Part shown: piece by piece, positions 28,955-36,901 of the stretch
How the letters are laid out: every line of letters begins with the position of its first letter
Position numbering within the stretch: the stretch's first letter is position 1
Virus record (IMG/VR): IMGVR_UViG_2802429253_000012
Origin: a virus
Lineage: Duplodnaviria; Heunggongvirae; Uroviricota; Caudoviricetes
Length of the DNA: 36,901 nt
Reading direction: 5' to 3' (one strand)
Position numbers and translations under genes: made by a program
The notes under the pieces: model-generated
The model's input: only the letters and a program-made list of their open reading frames with translations
The model's database searches: none
What the model was told of the DNA's origin: nothing

Positions 28955-29439
28955 CGATTAAAACGTCTACTCCTGCTGTTCCAGAATAACTTCATAAAAT
29001 GGGAGTATTTTTCGGTGACGAGATAATAAGAACAGTTTGCGCTATCACTCTGATGTTGAATGATGCCCTTCCGTTCTAATTTTTTCATAACCGGGTTACG
29101 GCAAGGAGAAGTGATAATAAGATTTCCTGTTTTAAGGAAATCTTTAAATACAGCGATTTCTTTCTCAGATAAACGAAGCAATACTCGTTGCTCTGGTAGT
29201 AATGAATAATGCTTTTGAATATGTGCTCGCAATCTTGAGAAGGAAATGGCGACCACGAAAGAAAAGGCAAAAACGATAATCTGAAAGAGCCAAGATATTT
29301 CAGTATAAGCATTGAATGCGACAGTAAACTCTTTCGGTATCAGCCAGAGAGTGAGACCAAAAATGATAATCGTATACATAAGTCTTTCGAGTGGCTCGTT
29401 AGCAAAAAGTTTCAACAATGGAGTAAATACATCCAACAT
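28951..29439 (-). CDS. Superinfection exclusion protein SieB-like membrane protein, antisense within the early-left operon
   Basis: 162-aa frame from the ATG at 29439 (MLDVFTPLL...) with hydrophobic segments; opposite orientation to its neighbours, as lambda sieB is. Confidence 0.6.
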   Translation of the reverse strand: MLDVFTPLLKLFANEPLERLMYTIIIFGLTLWLIPKEFTVAFNAYTEISWLFQIIVFAFSFVVAISFSRLRAHIQKHYSLLPEQRVLLRLSEKEIAVFKDFLKTGNLIITSPCRNPVMKKLERKGIIQHQSDSANCSYYLVTEKYSHFMKLFWNSRSRRFNR

Positions 29440-29880
29440 ATCAATAACTCTCAACTGTAAGGGTATTGAAATGTTAACACAAGCTCTCGCTGTAGGGGTA
29501 TAGCCGAGACCACCGAAGCCCGGAGGTGGTGAAATAAAACCGGGCACAACACGAAGGCGCATTTCCGATATCCATAAAGAGTCGGTCTTGTCTGTTAAAT
29601 TTAAATGGTGGGAGTGCGCCTCCGGTTGTAAATAACGACATTGCTGTGTGTAGTCCTGGCGGCATCAGTTTTTTTCTTGAAGTTCGGCTGATGTCCGCCC
29701 TTTTTAAAGTGAATTTTGTGATGCGGTGAATGCGGCTAAGCGCACGTGGCACAGTTAAAAGTCATGTTAGTCCTTATTGGTTTGGGTGGGAAAGCCGACT
29801 GTAATTGTTAACTGGTTGCAGTCACCTGGAGGCACCAGGCACCGCATCAACAAAGTTCATTTGTAAAAATGGAGATAATT

Positions 29881-30102
29881 ATGATTGCACATCACTTCGG
29901 AACTGATGAAATACCACGTCAGTGTGTGACTCCTGGCGATTATGTTCTTCATGAAGGCCGGACATATATTGCCTCGGCAAACAATATTAAAAAGCGAAAA
30001 CTATATATTCGTAACCTGACCACAAAAACATGCATTACTGACTGCATGATTAAAGTTTTCCTCGGTCGTGATGGTTTACCTGTAAAGGCGGAATCATGGT
30101 GA
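29881..30102 (+). CDS. kilR: KilR-like killing protein (73 aa)
   Basis: ATG at 29881; [26 protein letters not shown]...; size and position as I recall for Rac kilR. Confidence 0.65.
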   Translation: MIAHHFGTDEIPRQCVTPGDYVLHEGRTYIASANNIKKRKLYIRNLTTKTCITDCMIKVFLGRDGLPVKAESW

Positions 30103-30272
30103 TGACTAAGAAAATAAAATGTGCTTACCACCTTTGCAATAAAGGGGTTGAAGAAAGCAAAAGCATTAAAAGACCACTTCATTTCATGCGTGGAGTTATA
30201 CCAACGACGGAAATGAAAAAATATTGTAGTGAAATCTGTGCCGAAAAAGACAAGATGGCACACGAACTTTAA
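30102..30272 (+). CDS. ydaE: YdaE-like Cys-rich small protein (56 aa)
   Basis: Start overlaps the kilR stop; [12 protein letters not shown] ... YCSEICAEKD Cys pattern. Confidence 0.6.
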   Translation: MTKKIKCAYHLCNKGVEESKSIKRPLHFMRGVIPTTEMKKYCSEICAEKDKMAHEL

Positions 30273-30346
30273 TTAACTGACTATGCGAAACTGAATTCAT
30301 GCCAGCAATGGCAGGGATTCGCTCAACCTTAATTAAGGAGAAAAAC

Positions 30347-30622
30347 ATGATTACTAATTATGAAACCACTATTGTAACTACTGATGACATTGTTCACGAG
30401 GTTAATCTGGAAGGAAAGCGTATTGGCTACGTGATTAAAACAGAAAATAAAGAAACCCCATTCACTGTAGTTGATATCGACGGTCCATCAGGCAACGTTA
30501 AAACACTTCACGAAGGTGTCAAAAAAATGAGCCTGGTGCATATCGGAAAGAATCTGCCCACAGAAAAAAAAGCCGAATTTCTGGCAACTCTGATTGCAAT
30601 GAAATTAAAAGGTGAAATCTGA
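30347..30622 (+). CDS. racC: RacC-like protein (91 aa)
   Basis: ATG at 30347 with AAGGAG RBS; immediately upstream of recE. Confidence 0.55.
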   Translation: MITNYETTIVTTDDIVHEVNLEGKRIGYVIKTENKETPFTVVDIDGPSGNVKTLHEGVKKMSLVHIGKNLPTEKKAEFLATLIAMKLKGEI

Positions 30623-30723
30623 AAGAAATAGCCTGCGTATGGCGCAGGCTATGAACAGTGTGTATCCGGCAAGATCATTCACTGAACAAAACGAATTTTA
30701 ATCTGAGTTGAGGTTAAAAAACA

Positions 30724-33700
30724 ATGAGCACAAAACCACTCTTCCTGTTACGGAAAGCGAAAAAATCATCCGGTGAACCTGACGTCGTCCTGTGGGCAAG
30801 CGACGATTTTGAATCGACCTGTGCCACTCTGGACTACCTGATCGTTAAGTCAGGTAAAAAACTGAGCAGCTATTTTAAAGCTGTTGCCACGAATTTTCCT
30901 GTCGTTAATGACCTGCCCCCTGAAGGTGAGATCGATTTTACCTGGAGTGAACGCTATCAACTCAGCAAAGACTCCATGACCTGGGAACTAAAATCGGGAG
31001 CAGCGCCAGACGACGTTCACCATCAGGAGAATGCTCAGGAAACCGAAGAACTGACGGGAGGGCAGGAAGAAAACACACTGGCAGACGCTCACGGGGATTG
31101 CCAGGATTGCGAAGTTTCTGTATCTACTTTGCGGTTCACACAGCGTCTTCTGCACATTTTTACCTATGCGGCCGGGGATCGGAAATACCTGCATCATGCC
31201 ACCCGAGAACAACGCGAACACATTACTGCTCTTGAGATGGATCAGGAAAACAGCTATGTCCAGAATCTGCTGTTGGCCATACGCGGCATGGCAGAACCGA
31301 CAACTCTGGATAATGCCGCCCTGCTCCGCCTGACTGATGCAATTAAGGGGGTTTTCTCTATCACGAAAAAACATCAGCCCTATGAATTTAAGAATTTCAT
31401 TTCAGCCTGGCTGGATACCGAACACATTGATCGCGGTCTTCTGACAAAAGAATGGCGAAAAGGGAATCGTGTTTCACGCATCACTCGCACGGCTTCCGGT
31501 GCTAATGCTGGCGGCGGGAACCTCACCGATCGCGGCGAAGGTTTCGTCCACGATCTGACGTCACTGGCGCGCGATGTAGCCACTGGCGTACTGGCCCGTT
31601 CAATGGACGTGGACATCTATAACCTTCATCCGGCACACGCTAAACGCATTGAGGAAATTATCGCTGAAAATAAACCGCCCTTTTCTGTTTTCCGCGACAA
31701 ATTCATCACCATGCCTGGCGGGCTGGATTATTCACGCGCCATCGTGGTTGCGTCCGTGAAAGAAGCACCAATTGGGATCGAGGTCATCCCCGCGCACGTC
31801 ACTGAATATCTGAACAAAGTACTGACTGAAACCGATCATGCCAACCCTGATCCGGAAATCGTGGATATTGCCTGCGGTCGCTCCTCTGCCCCGATGCCGC
31901 AGCGTGTAACAGAAGAAGGAAAACAGGATGATGAAGAAAAACCGCAACCATCTGAAACAACGGCAGATGAACAGGGAGAGGCTGAAACAATGGAACCGGA
32001 CGCAACTGAACATCATCAGGACACGCAGCCGCTGGATGCTCAGTCACAGGTAAATTCTGTTGATGCGAAATATCAGGAACTGCGGGCAGAACTCCATGAA
32101 GCCCGGAAAAACATTCCATCAAAAAATCCTGTCGATGCCGATAAATTGCTTGCTGCATCACGTGGTGAATTTGTTGACGGAATTAGCGACCCGAACGATC
32201 CGAAATGGGTTAAGGGGATCCAGACTCGCGATTCTGTGTACCAGAACCAGCCAGAAACGGAAAAAACCAGCCCGGATGTGAAACAACCTGAGGCAGTAGT
32301 GCAACAGGAACCGGAAATAGTCTGCAATGCCTGCGGTCAGACTGGCGGAGATAACTGCCCTGACTGTGGGGCGGTGACGGGCGACGCAACATACCAGGAA
32401 ACATTCGATGAAGAGAATCAGGTTGAAGCTAAGGAAAAAGATCCGGTGGAAATGGAAGGCGCTGAACATCCGCACAATGAGAATGCTGGCAGCGATCCGC
32501 ATCGTGATTGCAGTGATGAAACTGGTGAAGCGTCAGCTCCTGTAGCAACTGAAATCATGTGGCCGTCATATTTCGAGCCTGGCCGCTATGAAAACCTCCC
32601 GAACGAGGTTTATCACTCCGCCAACGGAATAAGCAGCACGATGCTGAAGGATGCCCGTATCAGCCTGATGTATTACCACGGACGGCACATTGCCGGAACT
32701 ATTCCGAACGAGGAAAGTGATGCACTGCTGCGTGGGCGGATCATTCACAGCTATGTTCTGGAAACGGATAAATTCGCTGATGAATATGCCATTCCGGTAC
32801 CGGTTCCTGAATATGTGGTTACTACTTCTAGCGAACTGATCGCCATCATTAAAAAACACAATGCCAGTCTGCCAGCACTGATGACACCAGAGCAGATGAA
32901 AGAGTGGATCGAAAGCTACAACAGCACTCTTATACAGCCACTGTCTGTAAGTGCCGGGGCCGAAGAAACAGGCATCCTTTACGGTTCGCTTCCGGTGGAA
33001 TTTCGGCGTATTCCTGAGGGGGAAAAACACACAGCATCAGCAATGAAAGCCTGTATTAAAGAATACAACGCAAGCCTCCCTCCTCTGTTGAAAACCAGTG
33101 GAGCACGGGAGCAGCTTCTGGATCAAATTGAAACTGTAGACCCAGAACTGGCAAAAAAAGAACGTGCTAAATCTTTGCCTTACAACATCAGTGGCACAAA
33201 AGAGCAATTAACCGAAATCGCACGGAAAATTCGCCCGGAACTGGTGACACTGGAGGACTGGCAAAAACGCCAGCAAGAAGAAAATGCCGGGAAAACGTTT
33301 ATCAGTCCGGAGATGTATGAACAGGCAAAAAATATTCACGCGGCACTGCAAAACAATACCGATGCAGCAAGGCTACTCAACCACCCGGATCGCAAATCTG
33401 AAATCAGCTATTTCGGGTTTGATGAAGAAACCGGGCTGGAAATCAGGGTCCGTCCTGATATCGAAATCCGGCTGCCATACGAAAGCATTTGCGCTGACGT
33501 GAAGTCAGTCAGCCTCGGTTATGTGCGACAGGAACGACTTAAAGATCGCCTGCACCGTGAAATTATTGAGCGTGATTATCACCTCAGCGCCGCAATGTAT
33601 TGCGATGTGGCAAACCTGGACAAATTTTTCTGGATCTTCGTCAACAAAGATGCTGGCTATCACTGGGTGGCAGTCGTGGAAGCCTCGCAGGAACTCCTGG

Positions 33701-33846
33701 AACTTGGTCGACAGGAATATCGCCGGACGCTACGCCAGATAAACGAAGCCCTGGAGACAAACAACTGGCCAGCACCGATTACCGAAAGTTATACCGACGA
33801 ATTAAACGACTTTGATCTTCGTCGTCTTGAAGCACTGAGCATCTGA
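30724..33846 (+). CDS. recE: Exonuclease VIII (RecE), long form of 1040 aa
   Basis: N-terminus and C-terminal nuclease region resemble my recollection of RecE; followed 12 nt later by an annealing-protein gene. Confidence 0.8.
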   Translation: MSTKPLFLLRKAKKSSGEPDVVLWASDDFESTCATLDYLIVKSGKKLSSYFKAVATNFPVVNDLPPEGEIDFTWSERYQLSKDSMTWELKSGAAPDDVHHQENAQETEELTGGQEENTLADAHGDCQDCEVSVSTLRFTQRLLHIFTYAAGDRKYLHHATREQREHITALEMDQENSYVQNLLLAIRGMAEPTTLDNAALLRLTDAIKGVFSITKKHQPYEFKNFISAWLDTEHIDRGLLTKEWRKGNRVSRITRTASGANAGGGNLTDRGEGFVHDLTSLARDVATGVLARSMDVDIYNLHPAHAKRIEEIIAENKPPFSVFRDKFITMPGGLDYSRAIVVASVKEAPIGIEVIPAHVTEYLNKVLTETDHANPDPEIVDIACGRSSAPMPQRVTEEGKQDDEEKPQPSETTADEQGEAETMEPDATEHHQDTQPLDAQSQVNSVDAKYQELRAELHEARKNIPSKNPVDADKLLAASRGEFVDGISDPNDPKWVKGIQTRDSVYQNQPETEKTSPDVKQPEAVVQQEPEIVCNACGQTGGDNCPDCGAVTGDATYQETFDEENQVEAKEKDPVEMEGAEHPHNENAGSDPHRDCSDETGEASAPVATEIMWPSYFEPGRYENLPNEVYHSANGISSTMLKDARISLMYYHGRHIAGTIPNEESDALLRGRIIHSYVLETDKFADEYAIPVPVPEYVVTTSSELIAIIKKHNASLPALMTPEQMKEWIESYNSTLIQPLSVSAGAEETGILYGSLPVEFRRIPEGEKHTASAMKACIKEYNASLPPLLKTSGAREQLLDQIETVDPELAKKERAKSLPYNISGTKEQLTEIARKIRPELVTLEDWQKRQQEENAGKTFISPEMYEQAKNIHAALQNNTDAARLLNHPDRKSEISYFGFDEETGLEIRVRPDIEIRLPYESICADVKSVSLGYVRQERLKDRLHREIIERDYHLSAAMYCDVANLDKFFWIFVNKDAGYHWVAVVEASQELLELGRQEYRRTLRQINEALETNNWPAPITESYTDELNDFDLRRLEALSI

Positions 33847-33857
33847 GGAAGGACACA

Positions 33858-34910
33858 ATGAACGAATTAACTCAACAAGAAAATATTAACTCTAATGTTG
33901 CGGTTTTCAGCCCTCAGTCCCTGGCTGCAATTCAGACATTTTCCCAGGTAATGGCTTCCGGCATGGCTACTGTACCGGAACACCTCCGGGGAAATCCATC
34001 AGACTGCATGGCCATCACCATGCAGGCGATGCAGTGGCAAATGAACCCTTACGCAGTAGCTCAGAAAACTTTCGTTGTGAATGGTGTGCTCGGATATGAA
34101 GCGCAACTGGTTAATGCCGTAATCAGTACTCGTGGGCCGCTAACCGGGCGTATTGAATATGACTGGTTCGGGCCGTGGGAAAAAATTATCGGGAAATTTG
34201 AAATCAGGAAGAGCGACAAAGGGAAAGAATATCGTGTACCTGGCTGGAAGCTGGCCGATGAAAACGGGATCGGTGTTCGTGTCCAGGCAACACTACGCGG
34301 CGAAAGTAAACCACGCGTACTGGAATTACTTCTGGCGCAGGCCAGAACACGTAACTCAACGCTATGGGCCGACGATCCTCGCCAGCAGCTTGCCTATCTA
34401 GCGCTGAAACGCTGGGCGCGCCTTTATTGCCCCGAAGTGATTCTTGGAGTGTACACCAGGGACGAACTGGACGAGCCACAGGAAAAAATCATTAATCCGG
34501 TTCAGGAACATAAAAACACTTCCGCTTGCCGCGCGGAACGTGAAACAACAATTATTGAGCAGGATGCCGGGGAAAACTGGATCGATGCTTTCCGTGAACG
34601 TATTGAGCAGGCACAAAGCACCGGGGAAACAACAGCACTTCGCCAGGAAGTGGAAGATCATAAAAATACACTTGGCGCTCTCTATACGGAACTTAAAGGA
34701 AAAGTGGTTCAGCGTCATCACCGTCTCAATGCTATTGCCCGTATCGAGAAGATGATAAATGACCTACCTTCTTCAGGTGATCCAGAAGCAGAACAAAAAT
34801 TTACTGCTCTGGAAAATACGCTGAATGCTGCCCGGCCACATCTGGGTGAATTATATGAGGCGTATAAAACGACACTGACAGATATGAAACCAGAATATAT
34901 CGGCTCCTGA
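33858..34910 (+). CDS. Single-strand annealing protein, Red-beta/RecT family
   Basis: 350-aa ORF with GAGGAAGG RBS; N-terminal region aligns by eye with lambda Bet (QWQMNPY vs QYGLNPW); does not match my recollection of K-12 RecT. Confidence 0.7.
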   Translation: MNELTQQENINSNVAVFSPQSLAAIQTFSQVMASGMATVPEHLRGNPSDCMAITMQAMQWQMNPYAVAQKTFVVNGVLGYEAQLVNAVISTRGPLTGRIEYDWFGPWEKIIGKFEIRKSDKGKEYRVPGWKLADENGIGVRVQATLRGESKPRVLELLLAQARTRNSTLWADDPRQQLAYLALKRWARLYCPEVILGVYTRDELDEPQEKIINPVQEHKNTSACRAERETTIIEQDAGENWIDAFRERIEQAQSTGETTALRQEVEDHKNTLGALYTELKGKVVQRHHRLNAIARIEKMINDLPSSGDPEAEQKFTALENTLNAARPHLGELYEAYKTTLTDMKPEYIGS

Positions 34911-34920
34911 TATTGACTTT

Positions 34921-34955
34921 GGCGGTGTAGCCTCACCGCCATCACAAAATTTTAT
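34921..34955 (+). terminator. Weak terminator-like hairpin after the annealing-protein gene (stem ggcggtg/caccgcc, loop of 6, then AT-rich tail)
   Basis: Read from sequence; the downstream tract is interrupted, so termination efficiency is doubtful. Confidence 0.3.
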
Positions 34956-34973
34956 TTTATGAGAGAAAAGACA

Positions 34974-35168
34974 ATGCGGTATGAAAAAGTCAAACCATGC
35001 CCTTTTTGTGGTTGTCCATCAGTAACGGTGAAAGCCATTTCAGGATATTACCGCGCGAAGTGTAACGGATGCGAATCCCGAACCGGCTATGGTGGAAGTG
35101 AAAAAGAAGCACTCGAACGATGGAATAAACGAACCACTGGAAATAATAATGGAGGTGTTCATGTATAA
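34974..35168 (+). CDS. ralR: Restriction alleviation protein RalR (Lar)
   Basis: 64-aa frame MRYEKVKPCPFCGCPSVTVKAISGYYRAKCNGCESRTGYGG... matches my recollection of Rac RalR. Confidence 0.8.
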   Translation: MRYEKVKPCPFCGCPSVTVKAISGYYRAKCNGCESRTGYGGSEKEALERWNKRTTGNNNGGVHV

Positions 35169-35349
35169 AATTACCGCCACTATTGAAAAGGAAGGTGGCA
35201 CTCCTACTAACTGGACAAGGTACTCAAAAACAAAATTAACCAAATCAGAATGCGAAAAAATGCTCTCAGGTAAAAAAGAAGCAGGCGTTTCCAGAGAGCA
35301 GAAAGTAAAACTGATAAATTTTAATTGCGAGCAACTTCAGTCCTCGTGA
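35161..35349 (+). CDS. YdaC-like small protein (62 aa)
   Basis: ATG at 35161 overlaps the ralR stop; GGAGGTG RBS. Confidence 0.5.
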   Translation: MYKITATIEKEGGTPTNWTRYSKTKLTKSECEKMLSGKKEAGVSREQKVKLINFNCEQLQSS

Positions 35350-35448
35350 ATTGCATTGTATTCAAATTAAAACTTCATAGCTGATTATTAATAATCAACA
35401 TCGGGCGTCAATTTCAGTCTAACATTGGCGCCTGCCAGAGGTGATGCG

Positions 35449-35664
35449 ATGGCACAAGTAATCTTTAATGAAGAGTGGATGGTTGAATACGGCCTGATGC
35501 TTCGCACTGGTCTGGGGGCCAGACAAATTGAAGCATACCGCCAGAACTGTTGGGTGGAAGGCTTCCACTTCAAACGAGTATCTCCTTTAGGGAAGCCAGA
35601 CAGTAAGCGAGGGATTATCTGGTACAACTATCCAAAGATAAATCAGTTTATCAAAGACTCATGA
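35449..35664 (+). CDS. xis: Excisionase-like protein (71 aa)
   Basis: Small ORF ending 1 nt before the integrase start; size and position typical of Xis. Confidence 0.6.
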   Translation: MAQVIFNEEWMVEYGLMLRTGLGARQIEAYRQNCWVEGFHFKRVSPLGKPDSKRGIIWYNYPKINQFIKDS

Positions 35665-35665
35665 T

Positions 35666-36901
35666 ATGTCTAAATTACCAACAGGTGTCGAGATTCGAGG
35701 TAAATACATTCGCATCTGGTTCATGTTTCGAGGAAAACGATGTCGGGAAACATTGAAAGGCTGGGAGGTTACTAACAGTAACATTAAAAAAGCCGGGAAT
35801 TTAAGAGCGTTGATAGTTCATGAAATCAATTCCGGTGAATTTGAGTATTTAAGACGTTTCCCCCAGTCCAGCACTGGGGCAAAAATGGTGACAACGAGGG
35901 TCATAAAAACGTTCGGGGAGCTTTGTGATATCTGGACAAAAATTAAAGAGACAGAGTTAACAACAAACACAATGAAGAAAACGAAATCACAATTAAAAAC
36001 ACTCAGGATAATAATTTGTGAGAGTACCCCAATATCACATATTCGTTATAGCGATATCTTAAACTACCGGAATGAACTGCTGCATGGAGAAACGCTTTAC
36101 CTGGATAATCCAAGATCCAACAAAAAAGGAAGAACCGTGCGCACAGTTGATAACTATATCGCCCTGCTCTGTTCGTTGTTACGTTTTGCGTATCAGTCGG
36201 GATTTATATCAACCAAACCATTTGAAGGAGTAAAAAAATTACAGCGAAACAGAATAAAGCCTGATCCGTTATCTAAAACAGAATTCAATGCATTAATGGA
36301 AAGTGAAAAAGGACAGAGCCAGAACTTGTGGAAATTTGCCGTTTACTCCGGGCTTCGTCACGGGGAACTGGCTGCTCTGGCGTGGGAGGATGTGGATTTC
36401 GAGAAGGGAATTGTGAATGTCAGAAGAAACCTGACGATACTTGATATGTTCGGTCCCCCAAAAACAAATGCGGGGATTCGGACGGTAACACTACTGCGGC
36501 CTGCTATTGAAGCACTGAAGGAGCAATACAAACTAACCGGGCATCATCGCAAAAGCGAAATCACTTTTTATCATCGGGAGTACGGCAGAACCGAAAAGCA
36601 AAAACTGCATTTTGTTTTCATGCCCAGGGTGTGTAACGGAAAACAGAAACCTTATTACTCGGTAAGCAGTCTGGGGGCGAGATGGAATGCAGCAGTAAAA
36701 CGTGCTGGTATTCGCCGCCGTAATCCGTACCATACGCGGCATACTTTTGCCTGCTGGTTGTTGACGGCAGGAGCGAACCCGGCATTTATAGCCAGCCAGA
36801 TGGGGCATGAAACTGCGCAGATGGTGTATGAAATTTACGGTATGTGGATTGATGACATGAACGACGAACAGGTAGCTATGTTGAATGCGCGGTTATCGTA
36901 G
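35666..36901 (+). CDS. int: Tyrosine integrase
   Basis: 411-aa ORF with a C-terminal catalytic region containing conserved R, H-x-x-R and terminal Y residues; last gene in the window. Confidence 0.9.
   Translation: MSKLPTGVEIRGKYIRIWFMFRGKRCRETLKGWEVTNSNIKKAGNLRALIVHEINSGEFEYLRRFPQSSTGAKMVTTRVIKTFGELCDIWTKIKETELTTNTMKKTKSQLKTLRIIICESTPISHIRYSDILNYRNELLHGETLYLDNPRSNKKGRTVRTVDNYIALLCSLLRFAYQSGFISTKPFEGVKKLQRNRIKPDPLSKTEFNALMESEKGQSQNLWKFAVYSGLRHGELAALAWEDVDFEKGIVNVRRNLTILDMFGPPKTNAGIRTVTLLRPAIEALKEQYKLTGHHRKSEITFYHREYGRTEKQKLHFVFMPRVCNGKQKPYYSVSSLGARWNAAVKRAGIRRRNPYHTRHTFACWLLTAGANPAFIASQMGHETAQMVYEIYGMWIDDMNDEQVAMLNARLS

Noticed and set aside
29474-29752. 92-aa minus-strand ORF upstream of sieB-like
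   Set aside because: Overlaps the preferred sieB-like start region, has no RBS and would extend sieB beyond the 162 aa I expect
32566-33030. 154-aa minus-strand ORF inside recE
   Set aside because: Antisense to the long recE frame, which is supported by continuity and synteny

Overview
The whole 36.9 kb window reads as one near-complete lambdoid prophage of the Rac type (E. coli-like), ending exactly at the integrase stop codon. All family assignments are from my own reading of the translated ORFs and recall of protein families; no search was run and coordinates of starts were chosen by hand from RBS and synteny. Minus-strand late region, low to high coordinate: K (fragment), L, M, tape measure H, an intergenic terminator hairpin, T and G joined by a -1 frameshift site, major tail V, four head-tail joining genes, a 58-aa ORF, major capsid, scaffold-like, head morphogenesis, portal, TerL, an unusually long TerS, a small HTH ORF, a GT-A-like protein coupled to a ParB-like protein, an AT-rich trkG cargo gene, Rz/Rz1, SAR endolysin, pinholin, a terminator, tRNA-Gly(TCC), tRNA-Thr(TGT), a tR'-like terminator, a Q-like gene, YbcO-like and one nin-region ORF. 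Then a hok-type toxin, a QueH-like (DUF208) gene, two HTH proteins, DnaC-like and DUF1376 replication genes with iteron-like repeats, YdaT-like and a Cro-like gene. Plus-strand early-left region: repressor, ydaG/ydaF-like, sieB-like (antisense), kilR, ydaE, racC, an enlarged recE, a Red-beta/RecT-family gene, ralR, ydaC-like, xis and int. The two candidates I would look at first for an undescribed function are the translationally coupled ParB-like/GT-A-like pair beside the terminase and the QueH-like Fe-S enzyme next to hok; neither is a recognisable defence system.
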